Below are positions 20,953 through 29,583 of a DNA stretch of 64,000 nt, piece after piece. Position 1 is the stretch's first letter. Every line of letters starts with the position of its first letter. This DNA is from Acaryochloridaceae cyanobacterium VAR_48_metabat_390. Its GTDB lineage: Bacteria; Cyanobacteriota; Cyanobacteriia; Thermosynechococcales; Thermosynechococcaceae. The DNA lies in assembly GCA_031422435.1 (NCBI GenBank), contig JANPLU010000128.1, positions 32,001 to 96,000 of the forward strand, given 5' to 3'. The position numbers and the translations under genes are program-made. Below the pieces are notes generated by a model. The model was not told the DNA's origin, made no database searches, and worked only from the letters and a program-made list of their open reading frames with translations.

Positions 20953-23900
20953 ATGGTTGTATCTCAGTCCCCCGTCACCGAACTCAGCGAATCCCAGAAG
21001 GCGGTTTTACAAAAGTATTTCATCAATGGCGAATCCACCTGGGAAGCAGTGGTGGAACGGGTGGCTCGGTATGTTGCTAGCGCGGAAGCTACGCCAGAAC
21101 TACGAGACTACTGGCAAGAAAAGTTTCTCTCGGTTTTGATTCCCATGAAGCTGGTGCCGGGTGGCTCCATTTTGGCGAACTGTGACCACGGCACCAGAGG
21201 GTTACTGAACTGCTTTGTGCTTTCGGCTGAGGATAATATCCACGACATTACGAAGCTGGTTTCTGATGCGGTGTTGACCACTAAGTTTAGGGGTGGCGTT
21301 GGCATCAATATTGGTGCGGAAGGTCAAAAGGGCTATATTCGACCCAAAAATGCGCCGTTTCAGGATGGACGGGCGCTAGGTCCCTGTGCGGTTCTCGATA
21401 TGGTGTCTGAGAATTCTAAGAAAATTACGACGGGTAACAAGGCGCGGCGTGGCGCGTTTTTGTTTTCGATGGATTGGAAACATCCTGACATTTTGGAGTT
21501 TATCCAGGCGAAGACGCAATCAACCATTGATGCTGGGGTAACGAAGTCTGTTGTGGAGCAGATGGCGCAGTTGGTGCAAAGCGATTTGCCCCAAGATGAG
21601 AAGAATGAGAAGCTGCAAGCCCTTAATCAGGAGCTATCGACGGCTTGGGTAGAAACACACTTGAGTCCTGACGGGAAACGCGATCGCCGTTGGCACAATG
21701 CAAACATATCTGTACAGCTAGATGACGAATTTTTCACGCGACTGGATGCGGGAGACAGCTTTGCCCATGAGCTATGGGACAAAATTGCCAGCAATGCCCA
21801 CGCGACGGCTGACCCTGGCCTGCTGTTGATCGACAACGCCAAGCGCCGCAGCCCTATCCGAGATTTTGTGACCTGCACCAACCCCTGCGTGACTGCCGAT
21901 ACTTGGGTGCATACAGGCGAAGGGGCACGTCAAGTCAAAGATTTAGTGGGTCAACAGCACAGCACGTACGTGAATGGAGAGCTATTTAGCACCACGCCTG
22001 AGGGCTTCTTTTCGACGGGGATTAAACCTGTGTTGAGCCTCCAAACTCAGGAAGGCTATCGGCTGCGGCTAACGGGGAACCATCGGGTGCTGAAGGTGAC
22101 GGCGCAAACTCGATACCGTCAGTACACCGAATGGGTGGCGGCGGAAGATCTGCAACCAGGCGATCGCCTCATGCTTCACGACCACCGCGTTTTGGAAGGT
22201 TGGGAAGGCACAGGCACCTTTGATGAAGGTTGGCTGCTGGGTAGTCTCGTGGGAGATGGAACCTTTGCGCTCAACAATCAGGGCGAAATGCAGGGCATTC
22301 TCGGGTTCTGGGGTGACGATAATCCTGTAATGATGAGCTACGCCGTGGGTTTACTCAATCAGATTGAAAAGAAAAATAGTCTTGGTCGAGTTTATTCACT
22401 AACGGGTACCCAGGCGATCTCCCAGCAAAAAAGCGTCGTTGCTACAACACGATTGGCGGAACTGGCACAACGATTTGGCATTTGCAGAGGTTCTAAAACC
22501 GTAACCGCTGAAGTTGAACAGGCCAGTTTTGTCTTTTATCAAGGATTTCTACGCGGTCTATTCGATGCAGATGGAAGCGTGCAGGGACATCAAGCAAAAG
22601 GCGTTAGCGTTCGTCTAGCTCAGAGTAATGTAGCAACCCTTGAAGCCGTACAGCGAATGCTGGCACGGGTGGGCATTGCTTCTAAGCTTTACCAAAATCG
22701 GCGGGAGGCTGGCGATCGCCTTCTTCCTGATGGCAATGGCGGTCTTGCACCATACTTCTGTAAAGCACAGCATGAGCTGATCATCGCTGGGGACAATTTG
22801 GGTCGATTTGCGGAAGCGATTGGATTTCAAGATCCTGCCAAGGCAGCAAAACTTGAAACGCTTATGGGTCAATATGTGCGGACTCCTAACCGAGAACGAT
22901 TTTCTGTGACGGTGGCGGCGATCACAGCCGATGGCGTTGAAGAAGTCTATGACTGTACAGTACCTGGGCCACATTGTTTTGATGCTAATGGTTTAGTAGC
23001 GCACAACTGCGGTGAGATCTTTTTGCCGCCAAACAGCGCCTGTAACCTTGCTTCGCTGGTGCTGACAAAGTTTATCCATCGCAATGAGAACGGTGAGATT
23101 GAGATTGACTGGCAAGACTTGGCGCAAACGGTCGCCATTGCCACTCGCTTCCTAGACAACGTCCTGAGCGTGGCAGAATTTGCTACCCCAGACCAAAAAC
23201 ACAACGTGCGGAACGTATTCCGGCAGTTGGGACTGGGCATTATGGGCTGGGCCGATTACCTCAAACAGGCGCATATTGCCTACGACTCCGCGCAGCATTT
23301 GGATGAGATTGATCGCTGGGGCGGTTGGATTGCGAACTATGCCTATCGTGCTTCGGAAGCGCTAGCGGCTGAGAAGGGAGCCTGTGGCGTGTGGCCTCAA
23401 ATACAGGATTTACGCACAGGCAATATTTTTGAGCGCTGGCTTGACAGCGAAGGTAACGAGTACAACGGAGAGCAGGCGCTCAATTCTAATCGCCAAGATT
23501 TGACCCAAGTACCGCGCCGTAACTCTACAGTTTTGTCTATCGCGCCAACGGGCAGTATTGCTCAGCTTGCGGCTTGTTCTTGGGCGTTTGAGCCAGATTT
23601 TGGGCTGACAATGTGGAAGCAGGTGTTTGTGGATGCTTCTAAAAATGAGCAAAACTGGATTCAAATCTTGAACCCATACCTCGAAGCCCTAAACCTTCCA
23701 GAAGCGGATGCCGAAATTGTGAAGCGCACGGGTTCTCTGAAGGGAACTGATTTTGCAAAGCAGCACCCTGATATTACGGCGGCGTTTAAGATTGCGCGGG
23801 AGGTGCCCCCAGGCTGGCATATCTTAGTGCAGTCTAAATGGCAGGACTGGATTGATTCTTCTATTTCTAAGACGATTAATTTGCCCAGTCATGCCACGGT

Positions 23901-24027
23901 GGATGAAATTAAGCAGATTTACCGTCTGGCGGCGAAGGCAGGCTTGAAGGGCGTAACGATTTATCGTTCTGGCACGTTGGAGTCTGAGCCGATTAAGGTG
24001 GGCGATGCGGAGAAATCTGGGAGTTGA
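20953..24027 (+). CDS. nrdJ: Class II (B12-dependent) ribonucleotide reductase large chain, intein-containing
   Basis: LNCFV, RGGVG, RRGA, TNP/CGE active site split by an intein, CNLASL, SIAPTGS, SSISKTINLP, KGVTIYR. Confidence 0.92.
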   Translation: MVVSQSPVTELSESQKAVLQKYFINGESTWEAVVERVARYVASAEATPELRDYWQEKFLSVLIPMKLVPGGSILANCDHGTRGLLNCFVLSAEDNIHDITKLVSDAVLTTKFRGGVGINIGAEGQKGYIRPKNAPFQDGRALGPCAVLDMVSENSKKITTGNKARRGAFLFSMDWKHPDILEFIQAKTQSTIDAGVTKSVVEQMAQLVQSDLPQDEKNEKLQALNQELSTAWVETHLSPDGKRDRRWHNANISVQLDDEFFTRLDAGDSFAHELWDKIASNAHATADPGLLLIDNAKRRSPIRDFVTCTNPCVTADTWVHTGEGARQVKDLVGQQHSTYVNGELFSTTPEGFFSTGIKPVLSLQTQEGYRLRLTGNHRVLKVTAQTRYRQYTEWVAAEDLQPGDRLMLHDHRVLEGWEGTGTFDEGWLLGSLVGDGTFALNNQGEMQGILGFWGDDNPVMMSYAVGLLNQIEKKNSLGRVYSLTGTQAISQQKSVVATTRLAELAQRFGICRGSKTVTAEVEQASFVFYQGFLRGLFDADGSVQGHQAKGVSVRLAQSNVATLEAVQRMLARVGIASKLYQNRREAGDRLLPDGNGGLAPYFCKAQHELIIAGDNLGRFAEAIGFQDPAKAAKLETLMGQYVRTPNRERFSVTVAAITADGVEEVYDCTVPGPHCFDANGLVAHNCGEIFLPPNSACNLASLVLTKFIHRNENGEIEIDWQDLAQTVAIATRFLDNVLSVAEFATPDQKHNVRNVFRQLGLGIMGWADYLKQAHIAYDSAQHLDEIDRWGGWIANYAYRASEALAAEKGACGVWPQIQDLRTGNIFERWLDSEGNEYNGEQALNSNRQDLTQVPRRNSTVLSIAPTGSIAQLAACSWAFEPDFGLTMWKQVFVDASKNEQNWIQILNPYLEALNLPEADAEIVKRTGSLKGTDFAKQHPDITAAFKIAREVPPGWHILVQSKWQDWIDSSISKTINLPSHATVDEIKQIYRLAAKAGLKGVTIYRSGTLESEPIKVGDAEKSGS
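21886..23007 (+). mobile_element. 374-aa intein with LAGLIDADG homing endonuclease
   Basis: Starts CVTADT after NP; block B LTGNHRV; WLLGSLVGDG and FLRGLFDADG motifs; ends VYDCTV..ANGLVAHN before the catalytic C-G-E. Confidence 0.95.
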
Positions 24028-24055
24028 GGAGTATGAATTGACTAGCCTTAATTTT

Positions 24056-24150
24056 GACCCTCACCCCTCTCCCCTCTCCCAGAGCGGGAGAGGGGAGTAA
24101 GAATCTGGTTCCCCTTCTCCTGCGGGAGAAGGGGTTAGGGGATGAGGGAG
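24056..24150. repeat. Dispersed CCCCTCTCCC/GGGAGAGGGG double-hairpin repeat
   Basis: Same architecture as 48246-48332 and the reverse of 4510-4616. Confidence 0.8.
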
Positions 24151-24290
24151 TGCAAAGCGTATCGCTTCTAAATCAATTCTCTAAATTATTTAATTCACGA
24201 TTTTAAGGGTGTTGAGGGCTTCGACTTCGCTCAGCCCTCAGCTTAAGACTTGCAGAATCAGGAACTTTATTTCTAGGCGTATTTCTAACA

Positions 24291-25175
24291 ATGGCAAGTA
24301 CACAGGCTTTATTGACCCTAGTAGATTCTTTCCCTGAAGCGTTTTTTGACCCAGAGGGGGCGCAGGCTAGCGTTAGCAGCGCAACGCAAGGGAGCCAGCA
24401 CCAAGAAGCAGCTCGCATTCAGACGCTTTTAGATTTAGCGACGGAATTTCCTGAAGCGTTTTCAGACCCAGAGGCACCTGTGGCAACATCGGCTGTAGTG
24501 GCAGATGCTCCTGCACCGGAGGTTCAGCCTGTAGTGGAAGCAGCCGCAGCTCCAACCGTAGCGACAAGTTTACCTGTTGGATACGAATTCTCGCTCAACC
24601 GCACAATTTCTACATTTACTTGGGGCAATATTGAGGCGCACTTGAGCTATTCGACGGCAGGGCTAGGGTCGCTGTGGCTGGTGGCAGGCAAGTCGGGGAC
24701 GGAGATTCAGTCGCTGTGTGAGGCAATCTGTCGGTTGACGAATTTGCTGTTGACTTATCAGGTGCCTGTTACAGAAATTGTGCGACAGTTGCGCGGCATT
24801 CGCGGGGCGGATTCTGAAGGGCTTGGCCCCCATCGGGTGTTGGGGCTGGCGGATCTGATTGGGAAGGTGTTGCAGGAGGCTCCGGCGACGTTGACGGTTG
24901 GGGCTGCTGCTCCGGTGGCGGGGGCACGGGCTGTGACGGCAGCGGCGACTGTGCTGGAACCTGCGAAGGTTGAGGCTGTGATGCCTTTAAGCGATTCTCA
25001 GAATGGCAATTCTGTTGTGAAGTCTGGTAGCGAGTTGTTATCGCCTTCATTACTCGATTTATCGGAGAATAATCATCGGATGGGGCTTTGTGCTGAGTGT
25101 GGCTCTGAGTTACAGGCAATGAATGGTTGTTCGGGTGGGGCTTGTCTGGTATGTGGTTTTAGTAGCTGTTCATAA
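24291..25175 (+). CDS. NrdJb-like (TSCPD domain) second chain of split class II RNR
   Basis: GKSG..EAICRL..LL..V..EIVRQLRGIRG TSCPD pattern; C-terminal CAECG..GC..CLVCGFSSCS; follows nrdJ. Confidence 0.85.
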   Translation: MASTQALLTLVDSFPEAFFDPEGAQASVSSATQGSQHQEAARIQTLLDLATEFPEAFSDPEAPVATSAVVADAPAPEVQPVVEAAAAPTVATSLPVGYEFSLNRTISTFTWGNIEAHLSYSTAGLGSLWLVAGKSGTEIQSLCEAICRLTNLLLTYQVPVTEIVRQLRGIRGADSEGLGPHRVLGLADLIGKVLQEAPATLTVGAAAPVAGARAVTAAATVLEPAKVEAVMPLSDSQNGNSVVKSGSELLSPSLLDLSENNHRMGLCAECGSELQAMNGCSGGACLVCGFSSCS

Positions 25176-25859
25176 GTGCTGGTCTAATACTTCATCTAAT
25201 CTGTTTTTAAACGCAGTTAAGCTAGGCATGTCGGTAATTCGACCAATGTCTATATTGCCTTGATCAATTAGGTCATTCAGCAAATGACTTGTGCCTGGTG
25301 TTTCAAGACATTGTTCTAGCTGACCTTTTAATGAATTAGGGGAAGCATCATTACCTGATTCATCTTCCAGTTGAACACAATTTTGATATTGATTACGCAA
25401 GGCACAAAGAATCCAAGCCTCGGATTTTGGTTTTGGAATCATTGGAACACCATTAGAAACTCCTTCGGCCTCAAAACCATCTAGCATGGATTGCTTTTTT
25501 TCGTTCCATTCTCCTCTATTGGAGCTTGCCGTGCCATCAGCATCCCTAAATAAAACCAGGATGACTGGAGTTCCATCTTCATTACTTTTTGTCTTTGCCA
25601 AAATGGCTAAAGCTCTTGCATTATTATAATAATAGCCAGTTTCTATCTTCCGCTTTTTCCCCTTTCTAGAAAGTGGCTTAATATGTTGTTTTGCTACTTC
25701 AGCAAGTCTTTGTTTGTTGACAATAGTATAATGGCCTAAATCAATGAGAGAATAACTGCTGCGTCTAGCAATCCAGTTATCTATCAACTTTGCCATAGGG
25801 CCAATTGCATCATCAATGCCTATGTCAGATGCCCCCTCTCCACTTAGCAATAAAAACAT
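25170..25859 (-). CDS. Hypothetical protein with TOPRIM-like motifs (ATPase partner)
   Basis: LLLSGEGASD N-terminus, LFRDAD, SEAWIL; AT-rich; 16 bp downstream of the ATPase. Confidence 0.6.
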   Translation of the reverse strand: MFLLLSGEGASDIGIDDAIGPMAKLIDNWIARRSSYSLIDLGHYTIVNKQRLAEVAKQHIKPLSRKGKKRKIETGYYYNNARALAILAKTKSNEDGTPVILVLFRDADGTASSNRGEWNEKKQSMLDGFEAEGVSNGVPMIPKPKSEAWILCALRNQYQNCVQLEDESGNDASPNSLKGQLEQCLETPGTSHLLNDLIDQGNIDIGRITDMPSLTAFKNRLDEVLDQHL

Positions 25860-25875
25860 ATTTAAGGATGAATAA

Positions 25876-27042
25876 TTAACTTGATTTTCGTAGCATGGAA
25901 ATCTCCTTAAAAAGTTGACTTAGAATAGTATCTTCATAAACTTCTCCAGGCCCCATAACAGTTAACTTTTCACGCATAGAAGGAATATCAAAAAGACGGA
26001 TAGCTTGTGTTGCTCCATTTTCTCCTTTATATAAATAGACAACACCTTCAATTGCAACCTCATCTTCTAGATAGTTTAAGACCATTGGGCTATGAGTGGT
26101 TACAAGAACTTGTGGAGAAGCTTGCACTAAGCTGTCCACAAGAAACTCAACTAACTCTGGATTAATACCGTTCTCTATTTCATCAAGTAGCAAAAAACTT
26201 TGCTCTTTAGACAGTTGAGCAAATACTGCCAGCATACGAAGAAATCCATCAGCAACATGCCGTGCTTCTGTTTTTAATAGAGTCCCTTCAAATTGCTCTT
26301 GAACTATAAGTTGCTTCCATCCAGAACGCAAGACGGATGTATCAAGTAGCCTGAGTTGTGGATAGAGTCCAGACATTTTTTTCTGAATAACTTCTCGCCG
26401 ATCTTCCCCTACTTCATGTAAAAATGCTGACAGCCTCTCACCACCTAAGCCTAGACTATTCTCTGCATCTCTAGTACGTTGCCTTAACAATTCAGGAGCC
26501 AAAAGATCTAGTGAATGTAAATCTTCAAAGAATTTTTTGATTTCAAGAATTTCTTTAGTTAACTTAGATTCTTTGTACCCTGACAATAATGATCCTTGAT
26601 ATTCAAATTCAATAACTCCAGATGAGCTGCGTACACGTTCTTGGTCTTGCTCAGCTAAAGAACGAATTACATACTTTCCATCTTCTACTTTTAGAATTAA
26701 ATTCTTATTCCAATCTACTCGCTCGAAGGTGCAACGTAATGTTTGCCGATTAAATCTTGCAGTCCATTTAATCTCCAATTCATTATCATGAAGGAGTAAA
26801 ATCTCAAATTCAATATTATTTCTTGGAGTTAATTTTGAGTTGATATCAGATGCTTCCCACTGTCTTCTCTTCAACCATTTATCTAAATCACCTTTAACCT
26901 GTTGAGACAGAAAATCAAAAAATTGTAATACCGTTGACTTGCCTGAACCATTTAGCCCAACTAAACAGTTAAATTTAGATAATGGCAATTCAAAGTTCAC
27001 TAAGGATTTGAAGTTATCAACTTTTATGTTTTTGATTCTCAT
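25876..27042 (-). CDS. ABC-type AAA ATPase (AAA_21/AbiEii-like)
   Basis: IKVDNFKSL, GLNGSGKST Walker A, ADGFLR signature-like, LLLDEIENGINP Walker B, TTHSP. Confidence 0.88.
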   Translation of the reverse strand: MRIKNIKVDNFKSLVNFELPLSKFNCLVGLNGSGKSTVLQFFDFLSQQVKGDLDKWLKRRQWEASDINSKLTPRNNIEFEILLLHDNELEIKWTARFNRQTLRCTFERVDWNKNLILKVEDGKYVIRSLAEQDQERVRSSSGVIEFEYQGSLLSGYKESKLTKEILEIKKFFEDLHSLDLLAPELLRQRTRDAENSLGLGGERLSAFLHEVGEDRREVIQKKMSGLYPQLRLLDTSVLRSGWKQLIVQEQFEGTLLKTEARHVADGFLRMLAVFAQLSKEQSFLLLDEIENGINPELVEFLVDSLVQASPQVLVTTHSPMVLNYLEDEVAIEGVVYLYKGENGATQAIRLFDIPSMREKLTVMGPGEVYEDTILSQLFKEISMLRKSS

Positions 27043-27357
27043 ATCTGTAATTTCTAATACTTGCTGCCCACAGATCACACGAAATTATATAAAGTAATTC
27101 TGTAGTCAATCGCAGAAAATTTTTTCGTTGTGCTTACTCTAGAGGCAAGCTTGAACATGTCCATTTTTTAGATCTGAAAATTCTCTACAACTTTAAAGAC
27201 ACTAACATTTTCTGCGAACAACTTCAAAACATTGTTCATCCCAATTCTCATCCCTCAAATATAAGGGTAATCCATCCAACGTGCAAAATCATGACTCAAC
27301 CCATATAATCCATTGTTGGAATAGTCCTGATCGCCATGCTTGAGGTGGTTTCGGTGT

Positions 27358-27397
27358 GATCGCCTTGCCCAAGATTTTGCTTGAGCGGGGCGATCGC
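27358..27397 (+). repeat. 40-bp HIP1-bounded hairpin repeat, copy 1
   Basis: GATCGCCTTGCCCAAGATTTTGCTTGAGCGGGGCGATCGC. Confidence 0.92.
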
Positions 27398-27462
27398 TGT
27401 GTGTGTTGGTAGTTTGAGGGAGATCGTTTAAACAAGTATTATGAGGGCTGTGGGCGATCGCA

Positions 27463-27780
27463 TCACTCAACAACCGTCGCTGTCCTTTTAGTAGTAGTCG
27501 CTAAAACTTCTAAAATCTTTGGAGCTAAAGGCTTTAAATCCGCCAAACGATTAGAGAACGCATGCAAAACAATAACTGCAATCCCAAACTGCGGTAAATT
27601 CTGTTGAAATGATAAATTCCGATCAACCGTAATAAAAACATCAAACTCCACCTCGGCAAGCGCGAGGAGTTGACCATTTTTAATTTCAGCCCATCCTATC
27701 TGCGGGACAGTTTTTACCTCATAGCCAATAAACTCTTTGGCCAACCTACGATCAATACATTCATCCAAAAGTAGCCTCAC
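27463..27780 (-). CDS. DUF5615 PIN-like toxin (cassette 1)
   Basis: GTG start, MRLLLDECID..GW..IKNGQLL..FITVDRN. Confidence 0.85.
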   Translation of the reverse strand: MRLLLDECIDRRLAKEFIGYEVKTVPQIGWAEIKNGQLLALAEVEFDVFITVDRNLSFQQNLPQFGIAVIVLHAFSNRLADLKPLAPKILEVLATTTKRTATVVE

Positions 27781-27781
27781 C

Positions 27782-28000
27782 TCAAGCCCCCACCCCAATA
27801 AGCTGTTCTCCAGCCTCTTCCAACAAAGCAATGACTTGTTCCCTAGTCACAGTAGGGAATCCGTCTAAAAAGTCATCAATCGACTCTCCTGCTTTGAGGT
27901 AATCCATCAACGTCTGTACCGGAACTCTCGTTCCAGTGAAAACTGGCGTACCACCCATCACGTCAGCAGATACGCTAATCATCAAAGAATCTTTCAGCAT
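27782..28000 (-). CDS. DUF433 antitoxin (cassette 1)
   Basis: MGGTPVFTGTRVPV..L..G.SIDDFLDGFPTV. Confidence 0.9.
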   Translation of the reverse strand: MLKDSLMISVSADVMGGTPVFTGTRVPVQTLMDYLKAGESIDDFLDGFPTVTREQVIALLEEAGEQLIGVGA

Positions 28001-28082
28001 TAGTCTTTGACCTCTAGCCTTTATACTGACTAGTTTATCAAGGGTTGAGCAGGGCGGTCGCACTTCTAGCAAACGGAGAAGC

Positions 28083-28122
28083 GATCACCTTGCCTAAGAT
28101 TTTGCTGACGTGGGGCAATCTC
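28083..28122 (+). repeat. 40-bp HIP1-bounded hairpin repeat, copy 2 (degenerate)
   Basis: GATCACCTTGCCTAAGATTTTGCTGACGTGGGGCAATCTC. Confidence 0.85.
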
Positions 28123-28208
28123 CCTATGTCTTGTTCGTTTGAAGGCGATCGCATAGTCCAAGATGGCGATCATCCATAATAGATAAAGCACCATTGCATC
28201 AAACGGTC

Positions 28209-28454
28209 ATGGACTGGAAACTTCATATTCATTCAGACCCCAATATTTTACTTGGCAAGCCCACCGTCAAAGGGACGCGGCTGTCTGTTGAATTTATACT
28301 GGGCTTATTTGCTGAAGGGTGGACAGAACAACAAATTCTAGAAAACTACCCTACCCTAAATGCGATCGCCCTTCAAGCCATTTTTGCATTTGCCGCAGAG
28401 TGCCTCAAAGAAGACGTATTTTATACATCACTCCTGACCGCTGAGGCAGGCTAG
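28209..28454 (+). CDS. DUF433 antitoxin (cassette 2)
   Basis: PNILLGKPTVKGTRLSVEFIL..GWTEQQILENYPTL. Confidence 0.9.
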   Translation: MDWKLHIHSDPNILLGKPTVKGTRLSVEFILGLFAEGWTEQQILENYPTLNAIALQAIFAFAAECLKEDVFYTSLLTAEAG

Positions 28455-28456
28455 CA

Positions 28457-28814
28457 ATGCGGCTTCTAGCAAACGAAAATTTTCCCTTGCTCAGCGTCAA
28501 GTTAATACGGCAAACAGGCTATGACATTGCTTCAATTACTAGGGATTCTCCAGGGATAGAAGATATAGAGGTTTTGACCCGTGCGGTCAACGAACAAAGA
28601 GATTATCCTGACCTTTGACCGTGATTACGGCGAACTCATCTATCGCTTACGAAAGCCATCGCCAAGAGGAGTGATCTATCTTCGGTTTCGTCCCCGTTCC
28701 CCAGAAGAACCAGCCGCAATATGGCTAAACCTCTCGCAAACTGAGGGACTACAATTCGAGGGACGGTTTACGGTTGTCGAGCGCGATCAGATTCGCCAGC
28801 GTCCTCTTCCGTAG
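28457..28814 (+). pseudogene. DUF5615 PIN-like toxin (cassette 2), frameshifted
   Basis: ATG at 28457 gives MRLLANENFP..EVLTRAVNEQR; one extra base near 28601 breaks the frame before IILTFDRDYGELIY, which continues to 28814. Confidence 0.82.
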
Positions 28815-28863
28815 TTTGATGAACTCATTAATATGAGATCGCACTTCTGGCAAGTAGCAAGGC

Positions 28864-28903
28864 GATCGCCTTGCCCAAGATTTTGCTTGAGCGGGGCGAT
28901 CGC
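28864..28903 (+). repeat. 40-bp HIP1-bounded hairpin repeat, copy 3
   Basis: Identical to copy 1. Confidence 0.92.
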
Positions 28904-28944
28904 CTTATCAAATCCTTACCTGAAGCAAGCAAACGACAGAGCAT

Positions 28945-29289
28945 TTAGAGAGAACTATCATTAATCTCTATAATAATTTCGCCCTCCTGCAATTTGCCCA
29001 ATGCATCCGTCAAAGTTTTTGAAATAAGTTGATGTAAATTACGATTCGTCACGTTGCCACAGGTCAGCCAAATTATTTGAGGCGGCATACCTAAGCGGCA
29101 GACTAGATCGATGAAGTCACTGTCCTTCGTCATAATTACAGCATTAGCAGCTCGTGCCGCCTCAAAAATTTCAATATCCTTTGCGTCTCGTAAGCCAAGA
29201 TCTTTAAGAGAAAACGCTTCCACCTCAAACTTACTATTCAACCAACTTGCCAAAGTTGGAGGTAATTGAGCATCAACCCAGATCTTCAT
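28945..29289 (-). CDS. DUF5615 PIN-like toxin (cassette 3)
   Basis: MKIWVDAQLPP..LRDAKDIEIF..IMTKDSDF..IIWLTCGN; ATGA overlap with the antitoxin. Confidence 0.88.
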   Translation of the reverse strand: MKIWVDAQLPPTLASWLNSKFEVEAFSLKDLGLRDAKDIEIFEAARAANAVIMTKDSDFIDLVCRLGMPPQIIWLTCGNVTNRNLHQLISKTLTDALGKLQEGEIIIEINDSSL

Positions 29290-29510
29290 GCAGTCAATCG
29301 CAAAAAATCTGTCCGTCGCGCCGCAAACAGAAGACAAGCCTGTATATCTTCATTCTCAAGATCGGGAAAATCTTCCAAAATCTCAGAGAAACTAACGTTT
29401 TCTGCCAACATCTCTAAAATGTCGCTCACCCGAATTCTCATCCCTCTAATACAAGGACGACCACCACACTGACCGGGAACCTGAGTAATACGAGACAATA
29501 GATTATTCAT
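29286..29510 (-). CDS. DUF433 antitoxin (cassette 3)
   Basis: RIT..PGQCGGRPCIRGMRIRVSDIL..EILEDFPDLE.EDIQACL. Confidence 0.92.
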   Translation of the reverse strand: MNNLLSRITQVPGQCGGRPCIRGMRIRVSDILEMLAENVSFSEILEDFPDLENEDIQACLLFAARRTDFLRLTA

Positions 29511-29583
29511 TCGTGTCTCAAGTTAACACCTTCGTATCATACTGCGTCAATGGCGATCACCCTGTGTGAAGTGCTTCGGGTTT

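Noticed and set aside
19060..25175. Prophage
   Set aside because: No integrase, structural or packaging genes; psb35 is interspersed and HIP1 sites are present at host-like density.
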